Of a stretch of 64,000 nt of DNA, positions 27,340 to 38,539 are shown piece by piece. The notes below the pieces were generated by a model. It searched no databases. It was not told where the DNA came from and saw only the letters and a list, made by a program, of their open reading frames with translations. Origin of the DNA: Patescibacteria group bacterium (GTDB lineage Bacteria > Patescibacteriota > Minisyncoccia > GWC2-36-17 > M10-OD1-4); NCBI GenBank assembly GCA_038061695.1, contig JBBTYT010000001.1, positions 1,339 through 65,338 of the forward strand, given 5' to 3'. The position numbers and the translations under genes were made by a program. Every line of letters begins with the position of its first letter. Positions within the stretch are counted from its first letter, which is position 1.

Positions 27340-28761
27340 ATGAAAAAGATCGTCTTTTATTCTTGGCAGTCAGATTTACCTAACGGTACAAATCGTAATC
27401 TTATCGAAGGTGTTTTAAAGGATGTTGCCAAAGAAATAGGAAGTGATGAAGATACTAATATCGAGCATGTTATCGACAGGGATACTCAAGGTGTAGCCGG
27501 TGCGCCGAATATTGCAACAGCTATTTTCCAAAAAATTGATTCGGCAGATATTTTTGTCGCTGATGTATCAATAATTGGAAGTGCGAAAAAACGCGCAGTA
27601 CCTAATCCAAATGTTTTAATTGAATTAGGATATGCTCTTAAATCTTTAGGACACGAACGTATTATATTGGTTTTTAATACTGCGTTTGGAAAAATTGAAA
27701 AATTACCATTTGATCTAAGAATGCATAGAACTCTTACTTACCAATGTGCTGAGTCGGTTACAGATCGCACAGAAATAAAGAAAGGTTTAATTAGAGATTT
27801 CAGATTAGCTCTTTTAGCGGGATTTTCTCATGTAACTCCTAAAAAAGTCACAACACCTATAATTGATATCATCAAAAATAGAACGGCGAGTAAAAAAATT
27901 GACCTCAGGGCATATTTAGATGAATTATATAATGAATTGTGGAAATTACAGCCACCTATGAAAAGAGATGGCGGTACTGTACAAGATTTGTTATCTGCTC
28001 TACCAAAAACCGAAAAAATATCTGCCAAATTTGCAAAACTTTCACAGACCATCGTTTTAATGAACGATAAAGAATCATCAAGAGAAGTATTTCAATGGTT
28101 CGGTAAGTTGTTAACGAATTACGATCCAATACTAAAAGGCGATGGTAAAATATGGAACTGTGATGGAGATTTTTTTAAATTTATAGGGCATGATCTTTTT
28201 GTAAATTTTATAAATCCTTTTCTGCGAGAAGAAAAATGGGATGAAATAAAAGAACTTTTAAAAGGAATTTTATCAGTTGGGCCAACATCGTATAGCCAAA
28301 ACGATCGAAAGGAATCTTGGACAGAGTTATCCAAACATTCTCCGCTTTTAATAGATGAAGGGAAAACTAATCGCCGTGTATCTTTCCATGCCGATTTATT
28401 AAAAACCAGACACGAAAAAGGTGAATTAGCTTCCATCGTACCTTTTAAGGAATTTACTGAAACAGATTTTTTTCTCCATTTATATGGCGAAGGGATAACA
28501 CAAGATAACAAATATTACGGTAAATGGTATCCGAGAAGTGATATCTGGCTTCAGCATACTCCAAAATTTATATCTGAAGCTACTGATTATCCAACCGCCA
28601 TGAAGATATGCAATGCTCTACAAATAAGTGATGTCGAAGAATTTAAAAGACGGCTGGCACATACACAAATTAAATGGGATTGGCATTCCCCAGTTAGCGC
28701 AGCAGATATTAATAAAATTGGGAGTACTGGTGGTGCTGTTATTATTAAAATAGATGAATAA
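27340..28761 (+). CDS. TIR/nucleoside-deoxyribosyltransferase-like domain protein with helical C-terminal domain; putative defence protein
   Basis: VFYSWQSD, IFQKIDSADIFVADVS, PNPNVLIELGYA, LPFDLR. Confidence 0.7.
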   Translation: MKKIVFYSWQSDLPNGTNRNLIEGVLKDVAKEIGSDEDTNIEHVIDRDTQGVAGAPNIATAIFQKIDSADIFVADVSIIGSAKKRAVPNPNVLIELGYALKSLGHERIILVFNTAFGKIEKLPFDLRMHRTLTYQCAESVTDRTEIKKGLIRDFRLALLAGFSHVTPKKVTTPIIDIIKNRTASKKIDLRAYLDELYNELWKLQPPMKRDGGTVQDLLSALPKTEKISAKFAKLSQTIVLMNDKESSREVFQWFGKLLTNYDPILKGDGKIWNCDGDFFKFIGHDLFVNFINPFLREEKWDEIKELLKGILSVGPTSYSQNDRKESWTELSKHSPLLIDEGKTNRRVSFHADLLKTRHEKGELASIVPFKEFTETDFFLHLYGEGITQDNKYYGKWYPRSDIWLQHTPKFISEATDYPTAMKICNALQISDVEEFKRRLAHTQIKWDWHSPVSAADINKIGSTGGAVIIKIDE

Positions 28762-28994
28762 ATATGAAAAAGAAAAAATTTGATATTATAAAATTTATAA
28801 GGGAGTTTGTGTAATCACAAAGATTAACACGCGCACGGGTGGGTGGGGCAAGTGTTGTATTTATGTAGCCGACCTCTCCTCCAAAAAATCTTCGGATTGA
28901 ACCTCTTCTTATAACCTCGCAATTAAGAAAAACAGAAATCTTTAAATTTCTGTTTTTCTTGCATTAAAGCTCTAATTATTCTAAAATATCTGGT

Positions 28995-29357
28995 ATGATA
29001 GATAAAAGAGAAATAGGTAAAATATTACTTATAACGATAACCTCTTTTTTGGTATTTCTTTCGATCTTATTTAAGGTGGATCCTAAAAATGCGGAACCAT
29101 TGGAATTTATAGCTTTTTATGTCAGTATATTCCTATCGCTTTTCGGGTTATTTTTCTTAGTCGGATTTATGGTGATGCATTTAAGCAAAAAATCTGACTC
29201 GCTGACATTTTATCAATCTGCTTTGCATGGGGGTTTACTCTCTCTTCTGCTCGTAGGTTTAATTATGCTTCAGCATTTGGGATATTTTTCATTTTTAAAT
29301 ATAATAATTTTTTCTTTAGGTGTGATATTTTTAGAATTTACTTTTTCAAAGAGATGA
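28995..29357 (+). CDS. small 4-TM membrane protein
   Basis: hydrophobic helices; overlaps pheS start. Confidence 0.65.
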   Translation: MIDKREIGKILLITITSFLVFLSILFKVDPKNAEPLEFIAFYVSIFLSLFGLFFLVGFMVMHLSKKSDSLTFYQSALHGGLLSLLLVGLIMLQHLGYFSFLNIIIFSLGVIFLEFTFSKR

Positions 29358-30385
29358 CGATTGATTTTAATGAATTAAAAAAAGAAGCGGATGGGGAGCT
29401 TAAAAAAATAGAGAGCCAAGAAAAACTTGAGCTTTTTAGGTTAAAATATTTTGGCAGAAAGGCGGGTATTTTAAATGATATTTTAAAATCTCTCAAAGAT
29501 TTATCAATTGAAGAAAAAAAAGAGGTTGGCAAGTTTGCAAATGAATTAAAAATATATCTTGAAAATGAAATAGATATAAAAAAAGAATCTCTCTTATTTG
29601 GTGATATAAAAGAGAGAGAAAAGAAAGAGAAGATTGATATTACTGTCCCGGGAAAAAAAGTTTTTAGAGGATATATTCATCCGTTGACTCATGTTATGAG
29701 AAAGGCGGTTTCAATATTTGAATCTATGGGATTTGAGGTTGTCTCCGGTCCAGAAGTTGAAACAGAGTTTTATAATTTCGATGCTTTAAATATACCAGCT
29801 TCTCATCCATCTCGCGATATGCAAGATACTTTCTGGCTTGATGTGCCAGGACTTTTAATGAGAACTCAGACATCATCTGTGCAGATAAGATTTATGAAGG
29901 AGCATAATAAACCTCCATTTAGAATAGTTTGTCCAGGAAGAGTCTTTAGAAAAGAGGCAACTGATGCTACGCATGAGATGCAATTTTATCAGATGGAATG
30001 TCTTGTTGTTGCAGAAAATATTTCTTTAGTCAATTTAAAATCAATTCTTGAATTATTTTTTAAGAAATTATTAGATAATAAGAAGATCAAGGTTAGATTT
30101 AGACCGTCTTTTTTCCCATTTGTTGAGCCTGGAGTAGAGGTGGACATCCTTTGTTTTAAATGTTCTGGAAAGGGATGTCCATTATGTAAAGAAACAGGTT
30201 GGATAGAGGTTGGTGGAGCAGGAATGGTGCATCCTAAGGTTTTAAAAGGAGTTAATATTGATATTTCAAAGTATAGAGGTTTTGCATTTGGTATGGGACT
30301 GGATAGAATAGCGATGATAAGATACGGAATTGATGATTTGCGTTTATTTTACAACACTGATATGCGATTTTTAAAACAATTTTAA
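29354..30385 (+). CDS. pheS: phenylalanine-tRNA ligase alpha subunit
   Basis: HPSRDMQDTF, RTQTS, FRPSFFPFVEP, GFAFGMGLDR; CxxC-CxxC insert. Confidence 0.97.
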   Translation: MTIDFNELKKEADGELKKIESQEKLELFRLKYFGRKAGILNDILKSLKDLSIEEKKEVGKFANELKIYLENEIDIKKESLLFGDIKEREKKEKIDITVPGKKVFRGYIHPLTHVMRKAVSIFESMGFEVVSGPEVETEFYNFDALNIPASHPSRDMQDTFWLDVPGLLMRTQTSSVQIRFMKEHNKPPFRIVCPGRVFRKEATDATHEMQFYQMECLVVAENISLVNLKSILELFFKKLLDNKKIKVRFRPSFFPFVEPGVEVDILCFKCSGKGCPLCKETGWIEVGGAGMVHPKVLKGVNIDISKYRGFAFGMGLDRIAMIRYGIDDLRLFYNTDMRFLKQF

Positions 30386-30400
30386 ACTTCAAATTTTAAA

Positions 30401-32464
30401 ATGAAAATTTCCTACAATTGGCTAAAAGAATATATTTCTTTAAAAGAAAAACCTGAAAAAATAGCAGATATTTTAACTATGCATGCCTTTGAAGTTGAAG
30501 ATGTAAAGAGGGTAGGTAAGGATTATATTTTTAATCTTGATATTTTACCAAACAGAGCCCATGACTGTCTTTCTCATATAGGTGTGGCGCGAGAGCTTGG
30601 CGTTCTGCTTAAAAGAAAGGTGAATTTTAAGATTCCAAAAGTTAAAGAAAATAAAAAAGAAAAGATAGAAGATTATATTTCAGTGGATGTGAATGAGAAA
30701 TATCTTTGCTCAAGATATACAGCAAGAGTTATTTTGAATTTGAAAGTTGGACCATCTCCAAAGTGGCTAAAAGAGAGAGTTGAATCACTTGATCAAAAAT
30801 CAATTAATAACGTCGTTGATGCAACAAATTATGCAATGTTTTTGATGGGACAGCCTATGCACGCTTTTGATCTTGATAAATTAAAGGAGGGCGAGATAAT
30901 AGTTGCAAAATCAAAAAAAGATGAAGTTATAGAAGTGTTGGGTGGTGATAAATATATTCTTGATGACTCTATTTTGACTATACGCGGTAAAGATGGGTTG
31001 CTTGCTATCGCTGGTATTAAGGGTGGTGTAAAAGCTGAAATAGATGCTAATACAAAAAATATTATTTTGGAGTCAGCATATTTTGAGCCGATAAATATAA
31101 GGCAAACATCAAAGAAGTTGAATTTGAGAACGGATTCATCAATGAGATTTGAAAATGAGCTTCATCAGACTATATGCAAGGATGCTCTGGAGTTTCTTGC
31201 TGGTATTATTTTGGATGTAGCTGGCGGTAGTGTTGTTTCCGGAGTTATTGATACAGGAGTTGATAAATATGAAAAAACAAAGATTATCTTTTCCATCAAA
31301 GAGATTAAGGATGTTATCGGCATTGATATATCTGAAAAGGATATTCTTGTTATATTAAAACGACTTGGATTTTTTGTTGTAAAATCAGTCAAAAAAGATA
31401 TTTTTATAGCGGATGTTCCTTTTGAAAGGCTAGATGTTTTATTAAAAGAGGATTTAGCCGAAGAGGTGGCGAGGGTTTATGGATATGAAAATATAAATTC
31501 AAGACCAATTGAGGCGGAGCTTTATCCGGCAGAGAGGAATGATGAATATTTTTATTCAGATTCTACAAAAAATATATTGGTCGGCCTTGGACTTACAGAT
31601 GTATATAATTATTCTTTTATAGGCAGAAAAGAAATAGCTTTATTTAATGATCAGTACAATGACCTAGTAAGTATCTTAAAACCTCTATCTTTGGATAAAA
31701 AGTTTTTAAGACCGACTTTGTTATTTCATCTTCTAAATAATATTTATGAAAATTTAAAGCATCAAAAACATATTAGGCTTTTTGAGATAGGGAAAGTATT
31801 TTCTTATTCAAAATCAAATGGTCTTTTAGAGAAAAATATGCTTGCCGGTGTTTTGGCTTATAAGACAAAGAGACAAGATGGTGCTGAGGTTTTCTATGAG
31901 CTTAAGGGAATTTTGGAGATATTTTTTGAAAAGCTCGGTATAGCTGATATATCTATAGATGCTTTAAAAAATGATAGTAGCTATTCACATTCTGCTTTTT
32001 GGCATTCTGGCAGGATAGCAGAGGTGAGTATTGGCAACATTGTTGTCGGAGTTGTTGGCGAGATAAGCCACTCTATTTTAAATAAGATGAATATAGATAC
32101 GAGAGTCTCTGCTTTTGATCTTGATTTTTCAAAGATTATAAAGATGGTGGATGAAAAATATGAGTATAAAGCTATAAGCAAGTTTCCGGCTACGACAAGA
32201 GATATAGCCATCTTAACGGAGAGCGATGCAAGAATAGGAGATGTTCAAGATTTGATAGAGAGGGTTGGCGGGTCATTACTCGTTGATGTAGATCTTTTTG
32301 ATATATACGATGATAATAATACAAATGCTTTATTTGGGAAAAGTCTGGCATTTCATCTTATCTTTCAATCTCAAGAAAAGACTCTGCTTGATAAGGATGT
32401 TGATAGTATTATGGAGAGAATAGTAAAATCTTTAAAAGATAGCGGTTGGGATGTTAGACAGTAA
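30401..32464 (+). CDS. pheT: phenylalanine-tRNA ligase beta subunit, short form apparently lacking the OB (B2) domain
   Basis: MKISYNWL, PNRAHDC, NNVVDATNY, RTDSSMRFE, FDX-ACB C-terminus. Confidence 0.95.
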   Translation: MKISYNWLKEYISLKEKPEKIADILTMHAFEVEDVKRVGKDYIFNLDILPNRAHDCLSHIGVARELGVLLKRKVNFKIPKVKENKKEKIEDYISVDVNEKYLCSRYTARVILNLKVGPSPKWLKERVESLDQKSINNVVDATNYAMFLMGQPMHAFDLDKLKEGEIIVAKSKKDEVIEVLGGDKYILDDSILTIRGKDGLLAIAGIKGGVKAEIDANTKNIILESAYFEPINIRQTSKKLNLRTDSSMRFENELHQTICKDALEFLAGIILDVAGGSVVSGVIDTGVDKYEKTKIIFSIKEIKDVIGIDISEKDILVILKRLGFFVVKSVKKDIFIADVPFERLDVLLKEDLAEEVARVYGYENINSRPIEAELYPAERNDEYFYSDSTKNILVGLGLTDVYNYSFIGRKEIALFNDQYNDLVSILKPLSLDKKFLRPTLLFHLLNNIYENLKHQKHIRLFEIGKVFSYSKSNGLLEKNMLAGVLAYKTKRQDGAEVFYELKGILEIFFEKLGIADISIDALKNDSSYSHSAFWHSGRIAEVSIGNIVVGVVGEISHSILNKMNIDTRVSAFDLDFSKIIKMVDEKYEYKAISKFPATTRDIAILTESDARIGDVQDLIERVGGSLLVDVDLFDIYDDNNTNALFGKSLAFHLIFQSQEKTLLDKDVDSIMERIVKSLKDSGWDVRQ

Positions 32465-32496
32465 GAGCAGTGTCAGGCACTATTTAATTTTTATAA

Positions 32497-34566
<2,070 letters not shown>

Positions 34567-34625
34567 ATTTTCATATTTGGCGCATTAGTATAAAAGTTTT
34601 AATTATTTTTTTTATAACAAGTAAT

Positions 34626-35249
34626 ATGCAAAAACAAAAAATATTTTTAATAGTAGCTCTGTTTTTATTTGTTCCTCTATTTTTTGCGTTCGCTGCCATA
34701 GTAAATCCTTTAGGAACCGTAGATACTATACCAGAGATAATATGTTTAGGAGTCTCTTTTTTATCAACTAAATTGATGCCACCATTAGCGGTTTTGTTTA
34801 TTTTTTGGGCTGGATTTTTATATCTTACAGCTGCTGGAAATTCTGAGAATATAAAAAAAGCAAATAACACTCTGGTTGCGGTAGTTATCGGTATTGCTGT
34901 TCTTCTCTTAGCACCAGCCCTAGTGGCTCTAACAGTCCAAATATCAGGCGGACCATCATCGGGCGCGCCTGTTGGCGCTACGACAGCCGTTACAAGTATA
35001 TGTAAGGTTGTCACCTCAACTTCAAATATAACAAATGCTCTTGTGAATCTAATAAATTGGTTTGCTTGGTTTGTGTCCCTAACTTCAGTCGCAATGGGGC
35101 TTTATGCTGGATTTTTATTTATGACATCCGGGGGAGATCCAAAAAAGAGAGAAGAAGCTACAAAGACATTTGTATTTACTTTGATAGGTGTTGCGGTAGC
35201 GATTTTAGCCTTCTCTATCATATCAATAGCCGAAGTTTTTATAAAATAA
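34626..35249 (+). CDS. tandem TrbC/VirB2-like pilin protein
   Basis: two AGFL(Y/F)xT(A/S)xG(N/D)...A...(V/L)IG hairpin units. Confidence 0.7.
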   Translation: MQKQKIFLIVALFLFVPLFFAFAAIVNPLGTVDTIPEIICLGVSFLSTKLMPPLAVLFIFWAGFLYLTAAGNSENIKKANNTLVAVVIGIAVLLLAPALVALTVQISGGPSSGAPVGATTAVTSICKVVTSTSNITNALVNLINWFAWFVSLTSVAMGLYAGFLFMTSGGDPKKREEATKTFVFTLIGVAVAILAFSIISIAEVFIK

Positions 35250-35321
35250 TCTCAAGTTTTAAAAGTTAATAAATTTTAAAAAAATCCGCACATTGCATGC
35301 GGAGTTTTTAATGTTCAATTT

Positions 35322-36038
35322 TTATATTACCAATCGACGCTGTAAGTAGCCTTTTATTTTCTGAGTACAGTGCATTACTATTTGAGATATCCTTGATTCA
35401 GTTACCCCATATATGCACCCGATGTCCTTATTTGTAAGGCCAATTTTAAAATGAAATAAGTATATATTTTTTTCATCAGCTGTAAGAGATGAGGTAATAG
35501 CTTTTTTAAGCCATCGCATATTCTCTTCTTTTTCACTTTGTATTTCCGGACTTATATTATAAATTAAATTACTATGGAAAATATTAATCTCGTCGTTATC
35601 TTCTTCAGGCGACTCTAGCTTTTCAAGTGGAATAAATCTCAATGATTGAGTTTTAAAAAGAATCATAGCAAGTTTTGCTATTGAGAGATTCATTACTACA
35701 GCAATCTCACTAAGTTTAGCTTTTCTTTGAAGAATTATTTCAATATCATTTATAGCATCTCTTGCAGTGCGACGTTTTCTAATAAGACCTTTTGATTCTA
35801 TCCCTGATCTTATTAGTCCGTCTTTCACGGCGCCTCGTATTTTTATTGTCGCATAGGTTGTAAATGAAGCTCTGCGAGATGCGTCATATTTTTCAAAGGC
35901 CTTCATGAGTCCGATAAGTCCATCCTGCACCATATCTTTAACATCAATATTTGCTGGAATGCCTTTTTTTATGTTGAAGACTATCTTTTTCACGAGTGCT
36001 AAGTGTTTTGCCACATCTTTATCAGATATCTTTTTCAT
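35322..36038 (-). CDS. RNA polymerase sigma factor, FliA/WhiG (sigma-28) family
   Basis: DMVQDGLIGLMKAFEKYD, FTTYATIKIRGAVKD, GVTESRISQI; GGAGG SD. Confidence 0.85.
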   Translation of the reverse strand: MKKISDKDVAKHLALVKKIVFNIKKGIPANIDVKDMVQDGLIGLMKAFEKYDASRRASFTTYATIKIRGAVKDGLIRSGIESKGLIRKRRTARDAINDIEIILQRKAKLSEIAVVMNLSIAKLAMILFKTQSLRFIPLEKLESPEEDNDEINIFHSNLIYNISPEIQSEKEENMRWLKKAITSSLTADEKNIYLFHFKIGLTNKDIGCIYGVTESRISQIVMHCTQKIKGYLQRRLVI

Positions 36039-36191
36039 GAGATATTTCCTCCATAGGTATGTAATTTACTTGTAAGGAGCTGTAATAATATTAACAATTT
36101 TTGTTAGAAGTTGTCAATTATTTTTAAAAATGTATTTTATAAAAAAATAACCGCCTACTCATTAAGAGTTCGGCGGTTTTATTTTTAATAT

Positions 36192-37403
36192 CTATTTTTT
36201 AAGAAGTAATTTATTACGAATCTTAGAAAAAATACATAAGATATCTCCAAGTGGAATATCTTTCCAGTACTCATCAACGATTATACTTTTACCAAGCTCA
36301 ACTAAATCAAATTGAGAAAAATATGGTGTCTCAGCAGGATTAATCTGCATAGGCCATCTAATTTCATCATTTGAAGCTACGAGACGCATATCATTTCTCT
36401 CTTTACTTGTTAGAGAGCCGTTATCGTGAGCTACCAAAAGTCGACGATGCATAATTTCCTCTGATGGATGATCTTTGATGTAGCCGATTCGAGCCACTGT
36501 TCCCATTGGCATATGTACTGTGATATTTTTTGGTATCAGAGCAGGGCTCCACTTGCGTAAGTGTTGAAGCATTAAAGATAAAGAATTTTGATATTCTTTA
36601 CGGGTTGCGTAATGAATCATATCTGGTCCAGAAATATCATACCGATGAGTTTCGCCTGTCTTCCAATAATATACTAACATATTTGAAAGTATAGATATTG
36701 GTCCGTTATAACAAACACCGCCATGAGTAATTATTGGTTCATCAGAAAAGAGTAAGTTATCAAGCTCACTTAAAAGATTAATAAATGAGCTTGCAAGATG
36801 CTTGCTATTAATAATTAAAGTCCTTTCCTCTTCTTCTTTCGGCATAAGAGAGAAATCCGGATGAAACTCTGCAGAATTATTACTGCTTTTGAGCGGTACC
36901 ATGATACCTTTATCAGAAATATATCTTGTAAACACTTTTTCTGGACATGTATGAGCAAGATACTCAAACATTTCACTGATTTTTTCTTTCTCGGAAAGTA
37001 AAAGTCGTGAACAAGATGATAATGTCGGAGAGAAAGATTGTTGCATAGCTTGAACATGAATACGACCCAACTTTTGACCAAGATGTTCAGACATATCTGA
37101 TTTCAAGTATGCTGTAACATATCTATGTTCGGAAGTGGCGGTAGAGTCAATGCTCTTAATGGTCTCTTCACTCAAAAGCGGAATAGACTCGCCATTAACA
37201 AGTTTGTGTTTTGGCCAGTTATTTTTATCCGCTTTTGCGCAAGTTATATCCCATAGATTTTCCTGAATACCACAAGACCAGAGGGAACTCTTATATAAAG
37301 AAGCATTCCCTGGGTGACTCGTTAGAGTAACAGGTATGCCAGATGCTTGAAGGCTTAAAAGATCATTGATTGATAAATCACGGTTAGGCATAATCTTAAT
37401 CAT
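36192..37403 (-). CDS. hypothetical protein (about 403 aa)
   Basis: long open frame; GGAGA SD precedes ATG 37403; the ORF-track extension to 37475 runs through a hairpin. Confidence 0.7.
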   Translation of the reverse strand: MIKIMPNRDLSINDLLSLQASGIPVTLTSHPGNASLYKSSLWSCGIQENLWDITCAKADKNNWPKHKLVNGESIPLLSEETIKSIDSTATSEHRYVTAYLKSDMSEHLGQKLGRIHVQAMQQSFSPTLSSCSRLLLSEKEKISEMFEYLAHTCPEKVFTRYISDKGIMVPLKSSNNSAEFHPDFSLMPKEEEERTLIINSKHLASSFINLLSELDNLLFSDEPIITHGGVCYNGPISILSNMLVYYWKTGETHRYDISGPDMIHYATRKEYQNSLSLMLQHLRKWSPALIPKNITVHMPMGTVARIGYIKDHPSEEIMHRRLLVAHDNGSLTSKERNDMRLVASNDEIRWPMQINPAETPYFSQFDLVELGKSIIVDEYWKDIPLGDILCIFSKIRNKLLLKK

Positions 37404-37435
37404 GATGATTCTCCGTATGAATAGATAAAAAGAAC

Positions 37436-37624
37436 AAAAATAGACCCTTCTTTCAGGGTCTATTTTTATCTTCATTTTTTGTATCTGTAACTTAGATTAG
37501 ATATCTCTTGAAATAAAAGCAAAAATAGGCCCTGAAAAAAGGGTCCAATAATGCATAAACATATTATTTTGTAATTTTTGCAATGACATAATTTAACTAT
37601 ATATAGAAAAAAGTAACTTGTCAA
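37436..37624 (-). promoter_or_regulatory. promoter, 30-codon leader ORF and terminator/antiterminator (attenuator-like)
   Basis: TTGACA-17-TATAGT; leader ORF 37589-37497; hairpin 37436-37467 and complementary copy 37521-37546. Confidence 0.55.
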
Positions 37625-37649
37625 ATGATTTTTTTTAAATTATTATAGA

Positions 37650-37808
37650 TAGACCTACCACTCAATAACTTTCGTAGCGAAGCTTTTAAATAACGAGCGA
37701 GACGAAGCAAAAAAATAGAGTAATAATGGTTTTATTATGATATTTTTTTGTAAAGTCGTAGCCGTTATTTGAAAATTGTAGTAGAAAGGTTATTGAGTGG
37801 TAGGTCTA
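37650..37808. repeat. 159-bp palindromic (MITE/RPE-like) element
   Basis: terminal IR tagacctaccactcaataac/gttattgagtggtaggtcta plus nested internal IRs. Confidence 0.8.
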
Positions 37809-37812
37809 AAAT

Positions 37813-38400
37813 ATGGAACAAATAATATTAGATAGTCAGTTGCCAAAAGAGGAGATATTAAAGCAGAATCCAAATATGCCTGCTCCGTTAGATGTTATAG
37901 ATAATTTAGAGATCATAACTCTTATTTATTATGGATTTGATTCTATTCTGCATCAAGGTCAGATGGTAATGCATAAAAAAGCAGTTAATGACTTAAAAGC
38001 ATTTTTTCAGTTAGCTTTCAAAATAAAATTTCCCATTGAGAAAGTGATACCGATAGCATATAAAAAGTATAAATGGAATGATGATCTATCATGTAATGAT
38101 AATAACTCGTCAGGTTATAATTTTCGTTTTATAGCAGGAACAAATAGAATGTCAAAACATGCGCTTGGTCTTGCGTTTGATATAAATCCGGCGCAAAATC
38201 CGTATATTAGATATAACGAAAAGAAAGAAGAAGTATTTAGAGCCCCAAGTTTTGCTTTATATGATAAGCAAAATCTTGGTACATTATACAAAGATCATCC
38301 GCTAGTTGTACTGCTAAAATCACACGGATGGGAATGGGGTGGAGATTGGGATATAGAAGGCGGAAGAATTGACTATCAGCATTTTGAGTTTTGTTTATAG
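37813..38400 (+). CDS. M15 family metallopeptidase (peptidoglycan peptidase)
   Basis: YNFR, SKHALGLAFDINP, WGGDW, DYQHFE. Confidence 0.88.
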   Translation: MEQIILDSQLPKEEILKQNPNMPAPLDVIDNLEIITLIYYGFDSILHQGQMVMHKKAVNDLKAFFQLAFKIKFPIEKVIPIAYKKYKWNDDLSCNDNNSSGYNFRFIAGTNRMSKHALGLAFDINPAQNPYIRYNEKKEEVFRAPSFALYDKQNLGTLYKDHPLVVLLKSHGWEWGGDWDIEGGRIDYQHFEFCL

Positions 38401-38539
38401 ATAATTTTATTAAAAATCCCCCCCTACTATGAAGAAAGATAATGTTATCCACTTTTATTATCTTGCTAAATTTTCGTTTAAGGATTATAATATAAAAAGT
38501 ATAGTAAAAATTTATTAAATTAATTTGATTTATTAATTT

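Noticed and set aside
28880-28905. Possible third att copy ending ttgaacc
   Set aside because: Only about 7 nt match; not distinguishable from chance
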